55,461 nt of DNA. It comes from a virus (taxonomy: Duplodnaviria; Caudoviricetes). Below the pieces are notes generated by a model. It searched no databases. It had not been told where the DNA came from and worked only from the letters and a program-made list of their open reading frames with translations. Both the position numbers and the translations under genes were made by a program. Location: positions 1 to 55,461 of the IMG/VR virus record IMGVR_UViG_3300024265_000005; one strand, written 5' to 3'. Shown in pieces: positions 54,180 through 55,461 of the stretch (positions are counted from its first letter, which is position 1; the number at the start of each line of letters is the position of its first letter).

Positions 54180-55461
54180 TGATTATAAAACCGCCATACG
54201 GAGTTCAGCTTAATCGCTCCCATTCCTTAGGTAGGGATGTCGTAAGTGCGTGGTTGTTTAATGATTTGCCCCAGGTTGCAGGAATTACACATGATCTTTC
54301 TGGCAACGGCAATCATGGAACATTTACTGGAGATGCTCATTCAGTTGCGGGTAAGTTTGGTGCTGCATTGAACTTGGGCGGAACCGGCTATGTGGAGATA
54401 GGGGCTGATGCTAGGTATGGAGGGTCTGTTTATTTTATTAGTTTTTGGATTAACCCGGATAGTGTCACTAGCAGTCAGTACATAATGGACAATCGGGCTA
54501 ACGGCAATGGAAATGACAGAGCGATCATAGTCGGGTTTCAAAGTGGCTATTTCAATTTTTATGATGGGGATTACCCAACCGGATCGGCAAATGATACTCG
54601 TTTTGTGGCGACAGCTGGTGTGTGGCAGCATGTGGTAATGGGGACGGACGGTACCTCGGTCTTTGCATATCTCAACGGGGTAAAGGTTATTGAGCAAACG
54701 GGGACCTGGTTGGTTAATGATATTCATCAAGCTTTCATAATCGGCGGTCGAGCAAATTCGCCTCCGATCAATCTGTTTACCGGCCAAATCGACGACGTCC
54801 AAATTTACAACCGAGTCCTCGCTGTTAGCGAGATAATGGAACTGAACCGTGATCCGTTCCAGATGTTCGAGCGATCAAGCATTGAACTATGGTCAGCAGC
54901 TTCACAAGACGTAGGAGGTGTATTTGTAAACGGTTCGGCTACAGGATCTTGCGAATTTACAGCCACTGCAGCAGCGCATAATTATAATCTCGCTTCTGCA
55001 TCAGGTGACATCGAGTTCACAGCTACTGTAGCGGCGCATAATTATAACCTTGCATCAGCTGCAGGTGACATTGAGTTTATCGGAACTTCTGCAGGACGTA
55101 TCTTTTGCTTTGCGTCAGTCACAGGATCTTGCGAATTTACGGCAAATGCGACGGCCCACAATTATAATCTGGCGTCAGTCGTAGGTACTATCGAGTTTAC
55201 AGGTACAGCAGCTGGAAGAATACTACTCGACGAACTACCACTTGTTATATGGGAAGACGCTGACGTAACGTTTAAGAACACCAACGTCACTTGGTATACT
55301 GGATTTGTAGATGCTTCTGCATCAGGTGACATCGAGTTCACAGCTACTGTAGCGGCGCATAATTATAACCTTGCATCAGCTGCAGGTGACATTGAGTTTA
55401 TCGGAACTTCTGCAGGACGTATCTTTTGCTTTGCGTCAGTCACAGGATCTTGCGAATTTAC
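54179..55461 (+). CDS. 5' part of the origin-spanning tail tip protein: LamG/ConA-like domain plus 20-aa repeats (continues to 1119; 643 aa on the circle)
   Basis: ATG overlaps previous stop; DLSGNGNHG, SFWINP, WQHVV, YLNG, GQIDDVQIYNRVL LamG motifs; no stop before the window end. Confidence 0.85.
   Translation, partial: MIIKPPYGVQLNRSHSLGRDVVSAWLFNDLPQVAGITHDLSGNGNHGTFTGDAHSVAGKFGAALNLGGTGYVEIGADARYGGSVYFISFWINPDSVTSSQYIMDNRANGNGNDRAIIVGFQSGYFNFYDGDYPTGSANDTRFVATAGVWQHVVMGTDGTSVFAYLNGVKVIEQTGTWLVNDIHQAFIIGGRANSPPINLFTGQIDDVQIYNRVLAVSEIMELNRDPFQMFERSSIELWSAASQDVGGVFVNGSATGSCEFTATAAAHNYNLASASGDIEFTATVAAHNYNLASAAGDIEFIGTSAGRIFCFASVTGSCEFTANATAHNYNLASVVGTIEFTGTAAGRILLDELPLVIWEDADVTFKNTNVTWYTGFVDASASGDIEFTATVAAHNYNLASAAGDIEFIGTSAGRIFCFASVTGSCEF
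54992..55461. repeat. Terminal direct repeat, identical to 1-470
   Basis: Direct sequence comparison. Confidence 0.95.

Noticed and set aside
372-54802. Minus-strand ORFs and nested plus-strand ORFs in the track
   Set aside because: They overlap well-supported plus-strand genes or structured non-coding regions and show no recognisable motifs; treated as shadow ORFs
1-55461. Stop-codon reassignment or a lysogeny module
   Set aside because: Genes are full length and densely packed in the standard code; no integrase, repressor or partition genes recognised

Overview
The window is a complete, circularly permuted genome of a tailed dsDNA phage with a long non-contractile (siphovirus-like) tail. 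Bases 54992-55461 repeat 1-470 exactly, so the unit genome is 54,991 bp. Essentially all credible genes are on the + strand. Gene order: tail tip (gpL-like fusion spanning the origin, gpJ-like), an accessory/early region (5.2-12 kb) rich in promoters and structured RNA, replication/recombination (SNF2 helicase, RuvC-like, PD-(D/E)XK exonuclease, AAA ATPase, SSB), a nucleotide-metabolism cluster (NDT-family N-glycosidase, HD hydrolase, two paralogous ThyX-like enzymes, NADAR, radical SAM/SPASM), family A DNA polymerase, primase-helicase, terminase, portal, MuF-peptidase fusion, GNAT-XkdF fusion, capsid, duplicated decoration genes and tail. I see no integrase, repressor, CRISPR, full tRNA or recognisable endolysin. 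The two strongest leads are: (1) an RNA-punctuated early region with a complete type II hammerhead ribozyme, a second half-hammerhead, two tRNA-elbow-like minihelices bracketing one gene, and repeated pseudoknot/terminator leaders; (2) a candidate undescribed DNA base-modification pathway built on two divergent ThyX paralogs plus radical SAM, NDT and HD enzymes next to a polymerase with an altered fingers domain. All protein calls come from motif recognition by eye and all RNA folds from manual pairing; no database search or folding program was run.
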